DNA of 64,000 nucleotides. Origin: Ostreococcus lucimarinus. Lineage: Eukaryota. The position numbers and the translations under genes are program-made. Of the stretch, positions 18,514 to 27,954 are shown in pieces; the stretch's first letter is position 1; each line of letters starts with the position of its first letter. Location of the stretch: assembly GCA_000092065.1 (NCBI GenBank), contig CP000597.1. One strand, written 5' to 3'. The notes beneath the pieces were generated by a model that was given only the letters and a program-made list of their open reading frames with translations, made no database searches and had not been told where the DNA came from.

Positions 18514-19995
18514 ATGCAACGCCTCGCGCGCGGCGCCTCGTTCGCCCTGCGCGCGCGTCCATCGCGCGCGCAAACGCGACGTTTCGTAACCTCCGCCGCC
18601 GCCACCGCGCCGAGAAAACCGTCGACGAGCGGTCGTGGACGCCCCGACGGCGGCCGTCGCGCGCAGTCCTCGAGCGCGGACGTTGTGCAGCGCCAGCGAC
18701 GGAACTTTGACGGCGAACAGAGCGCGAATCTGGAGGACGCGCGGCGGAGCGCGCTGACGCGCGTGGTGGTGGCTCGAGGCAAGGCGAACATGTTCTTGGA
18801 CGGTAATCCTATCGTCTACGCGGGCGCGATCGAACGCGTGGAGGGCGAAGCGCGAACGGGCGATTGGGTGCAAGTCACCGATCACGCGCTCTCGCCGATA
18901 TGCTACGGATTTTATAACGAGACTAGCTCGTATTCGGTGCGGGCGCTGAGCCAGGCGTGGGAGCGAGGATGCGAAGACGGCGACGGCGTCGTGGCGCAGA
19001 GGATACGCGAAGCGTACGAGTTGAGACGGGATTTAGGGTTAGTCGGGAACGAACGAACGACGTGTTACAGGCTGCTGAACTCGGAGGGGGATAAGATTTC
19101 TGGGTTAAACGCGGACGTGTACGGCGAAATCGTCGTGGCGAGCTCCACGGCGGCGTGGGTGGAGCAGAGACGAGACGTCATCTTGCGCGCGTTCGCGGAC
19201 GTTTTGGGGGCGAACACGAAGGTGGTGTGGCGACGAGACGAGAAAATGTACGAAGTCGAGGGAACGCCCTGGGAAGGGGAAAACTTGATTGATTATTACG
19301 ACGCCGCGACGGGCGCCAAAGTCGGAGAAGCGGTGCCGAGCGACGTGAAGGTGCTCGAAGACGGCGTGCAATACGCGATCGACATCGCCGGTGGTCACAA
19401 GACAGGATTCTACGTCGATCAACGAGATAATCGCAAGGTGATGCGCGAGATCGCGCGCGGAAAACGCGTTTTGGACGTTTGCTGTTACACCGGTGGCTTC
19501 GCGCTGAACGCGGCGCTCGGAGGCGCCTCGGACGTCGTCGCCGTCGACAGCTCCGAGTCCGCGCTCGACATGGCGAAAAAGAACGCCGAGTTAAACGGTC
19601 TTCAGGACAAAGTCAACTTTGTTCGCGCAGACGCGTTCGATTTCATGCAAGCCGAGATCGACGCCGGCCGCGCCGGATCGTACGACGTCGTAGTTTTGGA
19701 CCCGCCCAAGTTCGCGCCGACCAAGCCCGCGCTCAAAAAAGCCATCCCGAAGTACGTCGGGTTGAACAAGCGCGCGATGACCTTGCTTCGTCCGGGCGGT
19801 ATTTTAATCACCTGCTCGTGTTCGGGCGCGGTGACGCAAGAGCGGTTGCTTCCCAAAATCGTCGAAAACGCCTCGCGCGCCAGCGGCGTCTCCGCCACGA
19901 TGCTCTCCATCCGCGGCGCCGGGTGCGATCAGCCCATCGACCCCGCGTACGCGTTCGGCGAGTATTTATCCGTCGTCACAGCGCGCATCGCGTGA
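18514..19995 (+). CDS. rlmI: RlmI-type SAM-dependent rRNA (cytosine-C5) methyltransferase (PUA-like domain plus Rossmann MTase), organelle-targeted.
   Basis: GFYVDQRDNRKVMREIARGKRVLDVCCYTGGFALNAALGGASDVVAVDSSESALDMAKKNAELNGL and YDVVVLDPPKFAPTK align closely with E. coli RlmI: GYYLDQRDSR...VLNCFSYTGGFAVSA...VIVMDPPKF. The N-terminus MQRLARGASFALRARPSRAQTRRFVTSAAA looks like a presequence. Confidence 0.7.
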   Translation: MQRLARGASFALRARPSRAQTRRFVTSAAATAPRKPSTSGRGRPDGGRRAQSSSADVVQRQRRNFDGEQSANLEDARRSALTRVVVARGKANMFLDGNPIVYAGAIERVEGEARTGDWVQVTDHALSPICYGFYNETSSYSVRALSQAWERGCEDGDGVVAQRIREAYELRRDLGLVGNERTTCYRLLNSEGDKISGLNADVYGEIVVASSTAAWVEQRRDVILRAFADVLGANTKVVWRRDEKMYEVEGTPWEGENLIDYYDAATGAKVGEAVPSDVKVLEDGVQYAIDIAGGHKTGFYVDQRDNRKVMREIARGKRVLDVCCYTGGFALNAALGGASDVVAVDSSESALDMAKKNAELNGLQDKVNFVRADAFDFMQAEIDAGRAGSYDVVVLDPPKFAPTKPALKKAIPKYVGLNKRAMTLLRPGGILITCSCSGAVTQERLLPKIVENASRASGVSATMLSIRGAGCDQPIDPAYAFGEYLSVVTARIA

Positions 19996-20157
19996 GATCG
20001 AACGGCGCGCGTATTTTGTATTTTCACGCCCCGTTCCGCGCCTCCGACGCAACTAAACCCCAAGATTTCACGGTGAGTAAAGATTGCCGCCCGCGCGCGC
20101 ACACGCGCGCGCGCGCGCATTCGCGACGCCGCGATCGCCTGAATCGATCCACGCGCG

Positions 20158-21081
20158 ATGTCCCCGCTCGACCTCGACGCCTGGCTCGCCAAGATCCGCC
20201 GCTGCGAGCCGCTCGAAGAGCACGAACTGAGAAATCTCTGCGCCCGCGTCAAAGAGCTCCTCGTCGAGGAATCCAACGTCCAGAGCGTGCACAGCCCGGT
20301 GACGGTGTGCGGTGACATTCACGGACAGTTTCACGACCTGATGAAACTGCTCGAGACCGGCGGAGAGGTGCCGGGGACGAATTACATTTTCATGGGCGAC
20401 TTCGTCGATCGCGGATACAACAGTCTGGAGTCGTTCACGCTGCTGATGCTGCTGAAAGCGCGCTGGCCCGCGCACGTGACGCTGTTGCGAGGAAATCACG
20501 AGAGCCGACAGATCACGCAGGTGTACGGGTTCTACGATGAGTGTCAGAGGAAGTACGGAAGCGCGAACGCGTGGCGGTGGTGCACGGACGTGTTCGATTA
20601 CTTGGGGTTGGCGTGCGTGATCGATGGGAAGGTGCTGTGCGTGCACGGTGGGTTGAGTCCAGACATACGAACGATTGATCAAGTGCGGACGATCGATCGG
20701 TTGTGCGAGATTCCGCACGAGGGACCGTTTTGTGATTTAATGTGGAGCGACCCGGAGGACATCGAGACGTGGGCGGTGAGCCCGAGAGGGGCGGGGTGGT
20801 TGTTCGGCCGAAGGGTGACGGACGAGTTCAACGAGATAAATGGATTAAACTTGATTTGTAGGGCGCATCAGTTGGTGCAGGAAGGGTTGAAGTACATGTT
20901 TCCGGATAAGAATTTGGTGACGGTTTGGAGCGCGCCGAATTATTGCTACCGGTGCGGCAACGTCGCCTCCATCTTAGCTTTTGACGATAACCTCGATCGC
21001 GAGGTTAAGTATTTCACGGAAACCACCGAAAACTCAACCATGATGGCGCCTCGCGCGACGTTGCCCGGTTATTTCCTATAA
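20158..21081 (+). CDS. Serine/threonine protein phosphatase 6 catalytic subunit (PPP family, PP2A clade; Sit4/PPP6C-like).
   Basis: [31 protein letters not shown] and a C-terminal ...YFL are present. Near-colinear identity to PPP6C: [74 protein letters not shown]. Single exon. Confidence 0.85.
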   Translation: MSPLDLDAWLAKIRRCEPLEEHELRNLCARVKELLVEESNVQSVHSPVTVCGDIHGQFHDLMKLLETGGEVPGTNYIFMGDFVDRGYNSLESFTLLMLLKARWPAHVTLLRGNHESRQITQVYGFYDECQRKYGSANAWRWCTDVFDYLGLACVIDGKVLCVHGGLSPDIRTIDQVRTIDRLCEIPHEGPFCDLMWSDPEDIETWAVSPRGAGWLFGRRVTDEFNEINGLNLICRAHQLVQEGLKYMFPDKNLVTVWSAPNYCYRCGNVASILAFDDNLDREVKYFTETTENSTMMAPRATLPGYFL

Positions 21082-21328
21082 CCCCGGCGGCGCTATCGGC
21101 GACCGACGGAGCGAACGAACGAACGAGGCGACGCCGTTCGTCATCCCTAGCGTGAAACTTATTAGCGGGTTGTACTGTGACCACACAGCGAGTAGCACAC
21201 AAAACACTACAGTATACGATGTTCGGTATTTTACATCCTCGCGCGATCGACGCGTCGTTTTCGCGATCCCGCGGCTTTTTCGCCTCTCAGCCGCCGCGTC
21301 CCGCCCTCGCGTTCCCGCGACCTCGCCC

Positions 21329-21616
21329 TCACGCCCCGCCCCCGTGTTTGCGCTCCTTCAGCGTCAACTTCGCTCGCAAGTTCTTCAATTCCTTCGCCGT
21401 CGCCTTATCGAGCGTTCCCTTCGCCTCCTCCGCGCTCAGCGCGTCCACCTTGGCTCGCAGTTCCACAAACTTTTGATAGTCCGCGCCGCGATTCCGCGCG
21501 ATCGGCGCCCGTCGCGCCGGTCGGCTCTTGCTGCGAAACGCGCTCAGTCCCGAGACGCCGTACCGTCCGCGACTGCCGCCCTTGGCGAGCTTTTGCCGCT
21601 GAATCTTCCCCGCCAT
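21329..21616 (-). CDS. Small basic protein of about 95 aa, identity unknown; weak call.
   Basis: MAGKIQRQKLAKGGSRGRYGVSGLSAFRSK...KFVELRAKVDALSAEEAKGTLDKATAKELKNLRAKLTLKERK. The ORF also extends to an upstream ATG at 21727 (MGKSNSGSSHAST...). The opposite strand is also open, so evidence is only compositional. Confidence 0.25.
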   Translation of the reverse strand: MAGKIQRQKLAKGGSRGRYGVSGLSAFRSKSRPARRAPIARNRGADYQKFVELRAKVDALSAEEAKGTLDKATAKELKNLRAKLTLKERKHGGGA

Positions 21617-21790
21617 CGTCGACGCGACGCGGCACTGTGTGGCGGCCGCCGTCCCGTCGCGCGAGCGTCGCGCGCGATGCCCGCGTGCTGTCGAGGCGTG
21701 GGACGATCCGGAATTGCTCTTACCCATGGTGTGAGACCTCGTGTTGCGCGTGTCTAGTTAGAGTTGTATTTACATGCTTCATCTATTGCG

Positions 21791-24700
21791 CTACGTGACG
21801 GTGATGATGAATGGCGCGTTGCGGGCATCCGTCGGAACGGCGACGCGAGCGCCGTCGGTGGCTCGCGAGACCGAGGATATGGACATCGATCCCGGCGTCG
21901 CGGAGGGCGCGGGCGCAGTTTCGGTCCAGCTCAGCGTGTAACCATCTAAAATGTGATCGCCTTTGGCGAAACACGCGATGGTGAGGGGGAAATTGAAAAC
22001 CGCGCCAGGGGCGACGTTTTTGGCGACGCGGCGCACTGGGCCAACCCACACAATAGGTTTGCCAGGCGGCAGGGGAATCGGCCGTCGGCGCTTGTCCTCG
22101 CTTGTGGGTAGCGTTTCTCGGTTTTGCCACGCGTTCTTATCGATTTCCAGAGACCAGCCGCCGCTTTCAACGTTGGCGGGCGCCGATGACGTCGCGTCGG
22201 CGACAAAGACAATGTCGAGCGCGTCGTCGGATTCGTTCCGAGCGCTCAAGGTGACGGATGAGTACGTCATGTTACCTGGCGCCGTCTCGTCGAGCTTAAT
22301 CGTGCTAGCATAATTGATTGTCCAGGTCACCTTGCTTTTCAGCTCGTTGGGTGTGCGGGTAGTATCCGTGCACCGCGTGAGCTCGACGACGTTGCGTACG
22401 TGCTGCGCGCCGACGACATCTCCACCCTTCAACGACCATGTTATCATCAAACCATCCGTGATCGCTTCGTTGCGCACTTTCAACGCACGTTTTGCATCGT
22501 TCTTTTTGAATGAATTGTGAAACGCAAACAAGGGTTTCGCGCTTTCTTCCGGGATGGCGTCCACAAAGTTGAGCAGTTCCTTCGCGTTTGCCTCCTCGCT
22601 CGGCGAACATTTTATGAGCGTCTCGATCGTCTCCCCGGGAGCAATCAATCGCGGTGCCGTGGCGTGCTTCATGAGAGGTATCAGTTCGTACTTCACGCGA
22701 TCTTTGCTCGATCCAAGCCGCACGCTTCCGAGTTTGAAGATATCCGTTTGCTCTCGCCCACTCGCAATGGACAATCGAATGACTCGCGCCAACGGATGCG
22801 AAGGCGACGGTATCGTCATCGCGCTCACGCGCATGGAAGGTGTGACCTCCACGCTTTCAAAGATACGAATCGTACGATAGCGCAATAACTTTGGCGCTGG
22901 AGGTTCGGGCTGATAGCACACGCAGATGCGCACAGCGGTGCGACCGACGGCGTTTGGATGAAACCACAGTGGCCAGCGAATCGTTGACCCAGACTCGAGC
23001 GTCTCCCAAGCAGGCAGCGCGTAGATCACACCATCGCTATCTACGACGTCATCGTCCCCACCGTCACCATCACCGCGATTTATCGAGTCTCTTTCGAGAT
23101 CCTCTCGACTCGAATTACGCTTCACGGTCGGTTCGGTCACGGGCACGTGAGACGCGTCAACTGGACGGAGAACGGATCTCGGCAAACGCACCCGGATCCA
23201 TTTTGCCATCGGTTGCGTGACGTTGGAGATGACTAAGTCTATTCTCTGCAGAGCGCCATCCATTGAGCGCTTGGGGACGCCTTCGAGCGTGCCATCACAT
23301 CTTGGCACCGTCTCGCAAACGTTAAACACCAACCGTTTGTGCTTTGTGACGTCGCGTAACCACTCGCCGTTTGCCCCACGACGCGTTCGAGGCGCACTGA
23401 CATCGAAGTATCGACGGCCGTGTAGCACCCGTTTCGACCCCACGGTCCACGCCACGCCTGACACGCGTAAGACACCCGAAGCGCTCGGCGTGATGGTGAG
23501 CCGAATCGTTTGCTCTGACTGCGGCGCGAAAACTTTATTCTCCACCTTTGCTCGCACGAGTGCGTCCGAAGTCTCGCCGCGGTCGTTTGATACTAACGTC
23601 CCATTCGATGGCGTAAACTCCCACAGCAAACGCAGATTATTCACGTCCAAAGGCAAGCGGAGTGGATTCTTCAAATCGACGTCTATTTTCACGTCTTCGC
23701 CGGAGGCGCACACTGCTGTTTGCTCGATCTCAATCGTGCGAGGACCACCACTCAGCCAATTCGCTCCCGGTGCGGCCGCAAGCAAGTTCTGTGGGATAAC
23801 TCCACCCCGTTCAATGGCGCTCCACGCTTCTTCACCGTGATCAGAAGTCGATTCGCTCGACTCACGATCGTCCGCAAATATCACTTTGACTTTTTGGACG
23901 TTCATTTCGGGCAAGGGACACGCCAGCTCGTCGTCTTTCGCGTTGCGCTGCTCCGCGGGCACTTCACTCGCGTATTTCGCAGCGAATTCTTCGAGCGCAT
24001 CGATACGAACGGTTTGTGCGTCGGCCGGTAAATATGCCGCACACCCCACCGCGTCTCTGAAAAACTCCAGCGCCGCTTTCGTGTGTCCGATGTTCGCCAC
24101 GAGACGACCGAGGGTGGTGTTCAAGTGCTCTAATGCCGCACTCCAGCCATACTCGTTCGACACCGGCAGAGCGAAGGAGTAGCATCGAGTCGCAGCCGCT
24201 ATAGCGCCCGCACGCACGTACCTCGCGCCGGCTAAAATCATGTACGACGCGAATTTGCGCACCATAGGAGGGTGACAGCGGACGAACGCGAACGCGGCGC
24301 GCTCAAGCAAGAGTGCCGCTCGCAGATCGGAGTGTACAAATGCAGACGCCGAAACAAGTGGCGCGTGCGCTTCCCGATACGCACCGATGGCTGTCAGCGC
24401 CTTGGCATGTTCCACCGCCGAACGCGCCTTCAACATCTCGACGTGCGCTAGATGCAAATCACCAACCCCACCGATCGTTTCGTACTTCAACAGACTCGTC
24501 ATCGCGCTGTCATATGCGTGGTTGATGTCTTTTTTCAAATCCGCCTTATTGCGCAAATGACGAGTCGCTACGTACACGTGCGCCATGGCTTCGTACGAAC
24601 TCGCCAATCGCTTCCACGCACTTTGCGATTTGTAATCCGAATGTACGAGCTTGAAATTCGCCAACGCAGTGTCGTAATCGCCGAGCATGAACGCTAAATC

Positions 24701-25813
24701 TCCGGCGAGCCGAATTTGTCCCTCGGGCGATCGATGGCCTTGTTCGCCATCTCGATGTGCCGTCGCCGTCGCCGTGCTTCGTCCCCAAAAGGTCTTGAAT
24801 TGATTTCTTAAACCTTTTCTCGTGTTGTAAATCTGTGTCGATAGCGCGAAGAGCTTTCGCTCCATGTGTGGAAGTAAGGTTTTCGTTACGAACACTCGCA
24901 CGTACGTTTTTGCCCGATCGACGTCTTCCAAGCTCATGTAACGCCCCATGGTTTTACTCGCCTCGTTCGCCACGCCCGCGCGCTCAGCCGCGGCGCGGGA
25001 AATAACCGTTTCCCTATGCTCGTTCCAATCGACCCCAGACGCGCACGTGCCTTCGAGATCGGAATTCAGTGTCAATAGTTCGCAGTCCCAGGCCCCTGTC
25101 TGACGCACGCGCTGCAACAAAGCCTCCGCTTCTTCCTTTGTCGTCGCTCCATCTCTCGCGTCCCACACGAGCACCTTCCCGAAACACGTCTCTGGATCCG
25201 CTCCACCCGTGGCGAACACCGGCAGTCGCAAAAACTGCTGTTTTAAGTCCTCGAATGATTGTAGCACGTCCTCGTACGAAGATTTTCCCGCGCGCACGCA
25301 AAGAATCGCTCCGAGCGCGTGATCAAACGCCTCGCACTCGTTAAACGCCGTCGCCCGCTCGTTCGCGTCAAAGAATTTCTCAAACCTCCCGCTCGTCTCC
25401 GCCTCCGTTCTCGCTCGTCGCACGCACGCATCACCCGTCTCTCGTCGCGCCCGTCCGCACGTATCGTCGGTCATGGTCGAAACATCGAAGCATTCGCTCG
25501 CGACGGCGTCCCGGCCGCGCGCTTCCGCGTCGTCCCGCGTCGCCGACGTCGCCCCCGAATCGCTCTTAAACCGCACCTCTAGCGCCCGCACGCTCAGCGC
25601 TCGCTGCGGGTTCTCCGCGTCCGCGCGCACGACGACGTTCAGGTCGTCGACGACGCGAAACGGGCGCAAAACGTCGACGAGTCTGGGGACATCCAGCGCC
25701 GCGCTCAAACTTTCGCGCGCGCGCGCATCGTCGTCGGGCGTGAGCACGACCACGCACGGCGCGCGCCGCGCGCGTTGGCGTTCGATGTACGCCGCGACGT
25801 CGCGCGGGTCCAT
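21791..25813 (-). CDS. TRAPP complex subunit 8 (TRAPPC8/Trs85)-like protein, 1340 aa, single exon.
   Basis: N-terminal VVLTPDDDARARESLSAALDVPRLVDVLRPFRVV resembles the TRAPPC8 N-terminus (...AELLKPFSRL). A central block reads KFASYMILAGARYVRAGAIAAATRCYSFALPVSNEYGWSAALEHLNTTLGRL, compared with TRAPPC8 ...FHMILAGHRY...GWSLAEDHINFTIGRQ. A beta-rich C-terminal half follows. The ATG is at 25811-25813 (MDPRDVAAYIERQ). Confidence 0.5.
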   Translation of the reverse strand: MDPRDVAAYIERQRARRAPCVVVLTPDDDARARESLSAALDVPRLVDVLRPFRVVDDLNVVVRADAENPQRALSVRALEVRFKSDSGATSATRDDAEARGRDAVASECFDVSTMTDDTCGRARRETGDACVRRARTEAETSGRFEKFFDANERATAFNECEAFDHALGAILCVRAGKSSYEDVLQSFEDLKQQFLRLPVFATGGADPETCFGKVLVWDARDGATTKEEAEALLQRVRQTGAWDCELLTLNSDLEGTCASGVDWNEHRETVISRAAAERAGVANEASKTMGRYMSLEDVDRAKTYVRVFVTKTLLPHMERKLFALSTQIYNTRKGLRNQFKTFWGRSTATATAHRDGEQGHRSPEGQIRLAGDLAFMLGDYDTALANFKLVHSDYKSQSAWKRLASSYEAMAHVYVATRHLRNKADLKKDINHAYDSAMTSLLKYETIGGVGDLHLAHVEMLKARSAVEHAKALTAIGAYREAHAPLVSASAFVHSDLRAALLLERAAFAFVRCHPPMVRKFASYMILAGARYVRAGAIAAATRCYSFALPVSNEYGWSAALEHLNTTLGRLVANIGHTKAALEFFRDAVGCAAYLPADAQTVRIDALEEFAAKYASEVPAEQRNAKDDELACPLPEMNVQKVKVIFADDRESSESTSDHGEEAWSAIERGGVIPQNLLAAAPGANWLSGGPRTIEIEQTAVCASGEDVKIDVDLKNPLRLPLDVNNLRLLWEFTPSNGTLVSNDRGETSDALVRAKVENKVFAPQSEQTIRLTITPSASGVLRVSGVAWTVGSKRVLHGRRYFDVSAPRTRRGANGEWLRDVTKHKRLVFNVCETVPRCDGTLEGVPKRSMDGALQRIDLVISNVTQPMAKWIRVRLPRSVLRPVDASHVPVTEPTVKRNSSREDLERDSINRGDGDGGDDDVVDSDGVIYALPAWETLESGSTIRWPLWFHPNAVGRTAVRICVCYQPEPPAPKLLRYRTIRIFESVEVTPSMRVSAMTIPSPSHPLARVIRLSIASGREQTDIFKLGSVRLGSSKDRVKYELIPLMKHATAPRLIAPGETIETLIKCSPSEEANAKELLNFVDAIPEESAKPLFAFHNSFKKNDAKRALKVRNEAITDGLMITWSLKGGDVVGAQHVRNVVELTRCTDTTRTPNELKSKVTWTINYASTIKLDETAPGNMTYSSVTLSARNESDDALDIVFVADATSSAPANVESGGWSLEIDKNAWQNRETLPTSEDKRRRPIPLPPGKPIVWVGPVRRVAKNVAPGAVFNFPLTIACFAKGDHILDGYTLSWTETAPAPSATPGSMSISSVSRATDGARVAVPTDARNAPFIITVT

Positions 25814-26097
25814 GCGCGCGATCGACGACGCGCGAGCGCGTGACGACGTGTGCGGAGGGCGGTTGGCTGTTGGTTGTCACCCCGCAGCGTCGCTAATGTT
25901 TGAGTTCGCGCGCGCGTGCGCGGTCGATCGCGACCGAGCGTCGATCGAGGCGATCGAAATTATTTTCATCTCTTGGATCGCGCGCTTTCAACGCGAAATC
26001 GACGGATCTCGGGCGGTTTCGATCGCATCATTGGACGTACCAACATGTGACGGCCAACATGTGACGGGACGTGTGACCGCACATTTACGCGCGCACG

Positions 26098-27801
26098 ATG
26101 CGATTTCTCGACGACCGCGAGTTCCCGACGACGCAAGACGCGTTATTGTTTTACGCCGCGTTCGTCCTGGCTTGGGCTGTCTTTTTACCGCCGGTGTTTT
26201 GGGTATGCGTCGAGCTCGCTCGAGCCTTGTGCCTCTGCTGCAAGTACATCGCGTTCGCGTTCGCGGCGATGTTTCCAGCGTGGTGCGTCATGGCGTACGT
26301 GAACGCGAAAAAAATGCGCGAGTCGGTTCCGCTTGGTGTGCGTCGAAAGACTGTCGGCGAAGCGGATCCGCTCCAGGGGCGATCGAACGGTGCGAAAAGG
26401 CTATGCATCGTCGGCGCCGGCGCCGCCGGCTTGTGCGCGACGAGAGCAGCGTTACGCCGCGGGTTCAAGGTGTGCACTTACGAGAAAAGCGACTCGCCGG
26501 GAGGCGTCTGGGCTTACGGGCGGCGATCAGGCAAAGTTTTCAACTCTGTTTTACAAAACGTGACGAAGATGGCGAATTGTTTCGCGGACTATCCCGCGCC
26601 CCGATCTTTTCCGGCCTACGTTGGATGGCGGAAAACGATGGAGTACCTCTGCGGCTACGCTGCGGCTTTTCAGTTAACTTCAGTGATTGAACTGAACGCG
26701 GAGGTGATCAGTGTCGAAAAATGCGCGAACGGCGAGTTCGAAGTGACGATCGCGAGCGGGACGCCGCGGAAAGACTCGAACCTCTCGCATCGCGTGGAGA
26801 GGTTCGACTTCGTGTGGGTCGCGTCCGGGCAATTGACCAAACCCGAGACTCCGGTGGTGCGCGGGTTGGATTCTTTCACGGGCGACGTGATGCACTCGAG
26901 TGAATACACCGAGCCGACGTCGTTTCTCAATCGTCACGTGCTCGTCGTCGGGCTCGGTGCCGCGAGCGGATCGGACATCGCGCAGGATCTTTCGACGACG
27001 GCTGCGTCGGTGACCCTGAGCATTCGCACCGAGCGATACGTCATGAGTCGTGGGTTGAAGCATGGCATAGCCACGTTTTTGAATTGGATATCGCTATTCA
27101 CGCCCGCTTGGCTCGGCGTCGTTGGATACACGTATTTCGATTGGTGGCCGTGTGTTCACAGGATCTCCCCGGGCGTGACTGATTCGGGCGATTTGCTCAA
27201 AGAGTTTGCGCTACAACGCATCAAGCGGGCCACACTCGTCGATCGAATTCAAGGACGCGAAGTATTCTTCGTCGACGGCACGAGTGGAAAGTTTGATGCG
27301 ATCATTTTCGCCACTGGGTACCGGCGCGAGTTCAACTTTATGGCGGAAAATCTCCGACCGACGAGCGGATTGTTCGAGCACTGCGTGCTGCCTACAGAGC
27401 CGCGCGTCGGGTACATTCTATTCGTTCTACCCTTCGGCACGCACTGGCAAGTCGCCGAGTTGCAAGCGAATTACCTCGCCCGCGTGCACGATGGGACGAT
27501 TCCACTGCCTTCGATTGAAACAATGTCCGTGCTCGCCGAACGATTCCAGACGAGCTCGCACCACGAACACTTCGCCGAGTACTTCAGAATGAAGTACCTG
27601 TTTCTACTCGCGCCGTACATCTTCCCAAAGCTTGAGACGCTTTTACGACAACCGCGGCTTTTGATGCGAATCTTGTGGTCGCCGTACGTCGCACCGCCGT
27701 GCGAGTGGGCGAGCGAATCGTGGCGAGATCGTACGGCGTACGGCGACGCCCGCGGGCACATGAGCGTCAAATGGAACAAGTTTCGCTGGAATAGATGGTG
27801 A
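26098..27801 (+). CDS. Flavin-containing monooxygenase (FMO/YUCCA-like class B flavoprotein).
   Basis: FAD GxGxxG CIVGAGAAGLCATRAAL...GGVWAY; NADP site HVLVVGLGAASGSDIA; FATGY motif IIFATGYRREF. An N-terminal hydrophobic segment is present. ATG at 26098. Confidence 0.7.
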   Translation: MRFLDDREFPTTQDALLFYAAFVLAWAVFLPPVFWVCVELARALCLCCKYIAFAFAAMFPAWCVMAYVNAKKMRESVPLGVRRKTVGEADPLQGRSNGAKRLCIVGAGAAGLCATRAALRRGFKVCTYEKSDSPGGVWAYGRRSGKVFNSVLQNVTKMANCFADYPAPRSFPAYVGWRKTMEYLCGYAAAFQLTSVIELNAEVISVEKCANGEFEVTIASGTPRKDSNLSHRVERFDFVWVASGQLTKPETPVVRGLDSFTGDVMHSSEYTEPTSFLNRHVLVVGLGAASGSDIAQDLSTTAASVTLSIRTERYVMSRGLKHGIATFLNWISLFTPAWLGVVGYTYFDWWPCVHRISPGVTDSGDLLKEFALQRIKRATLVDRIQGREVFFVDGTSGKFDAIIFATGYRREFNFMAENLRPTSGLFEHCVLPTEPRVGYILFVLPFGTHWQVAELQANYLARVHDGTIPLPSIETMSVLAERFQTSSHHEHFAEYFRMKYLFLLAPYIFPKLETLLRQPRLLMRILWSPYVAPPCEWASESWRDRTAYGDARGHMSVKWNKFRWNRW

Positions 27802-27820
27802 TTTGTGATCACAATGCGCG

Positions 27821-27954
27821 CTACGGCATATCACTCATCTCTATCTGCGCGTCGATCGACACGTCGTCCTCGAGCCGCTGCCACTGTCTACGGCATATCA
27901 CTCATCTCTATCTGCGCGTCGATCGACACGTCGTCCTCGAGCCGCTGCCACTGT
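27821..27954. repeat. Perfect tandem duplication of a 67-bp unit (copies at 27821..27887 and 27888..27954).
   Basis: The unit ctacggcatatcactcatctctatctgcgcgtcgatcgacacgtcgtcctcgagccgctgccactgt occurs twice back to back. Copy 2 encodes the last about 16 codons and the TAG stop of the minus-strand aspartic protease (...DDVSIDAQIEMSDMP*). Copy 1 lies in its 3' UTR, 20 bp beyond the FMO stop. Confidence 0.9.

Noticed and set aside
4782-21081. Possible prokaryotic operon or island, suggested by the bacterial-type genes: lysA, a PotD-like binding protein, rlmI, a tauE-like gene at 50261 and aspA at 60147.
   Set aside because: The genes are on different strands. They are interspersed with unequivocally eukaryotic genes (kinesin, PP6, cyclin, MYST HAT) and carry N-terminal targeting extensions. 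They have no RBS or operon spacing. They are nuclear genes of endosymbiont or horizontal ancestry, not a contiguous bacterial segment.
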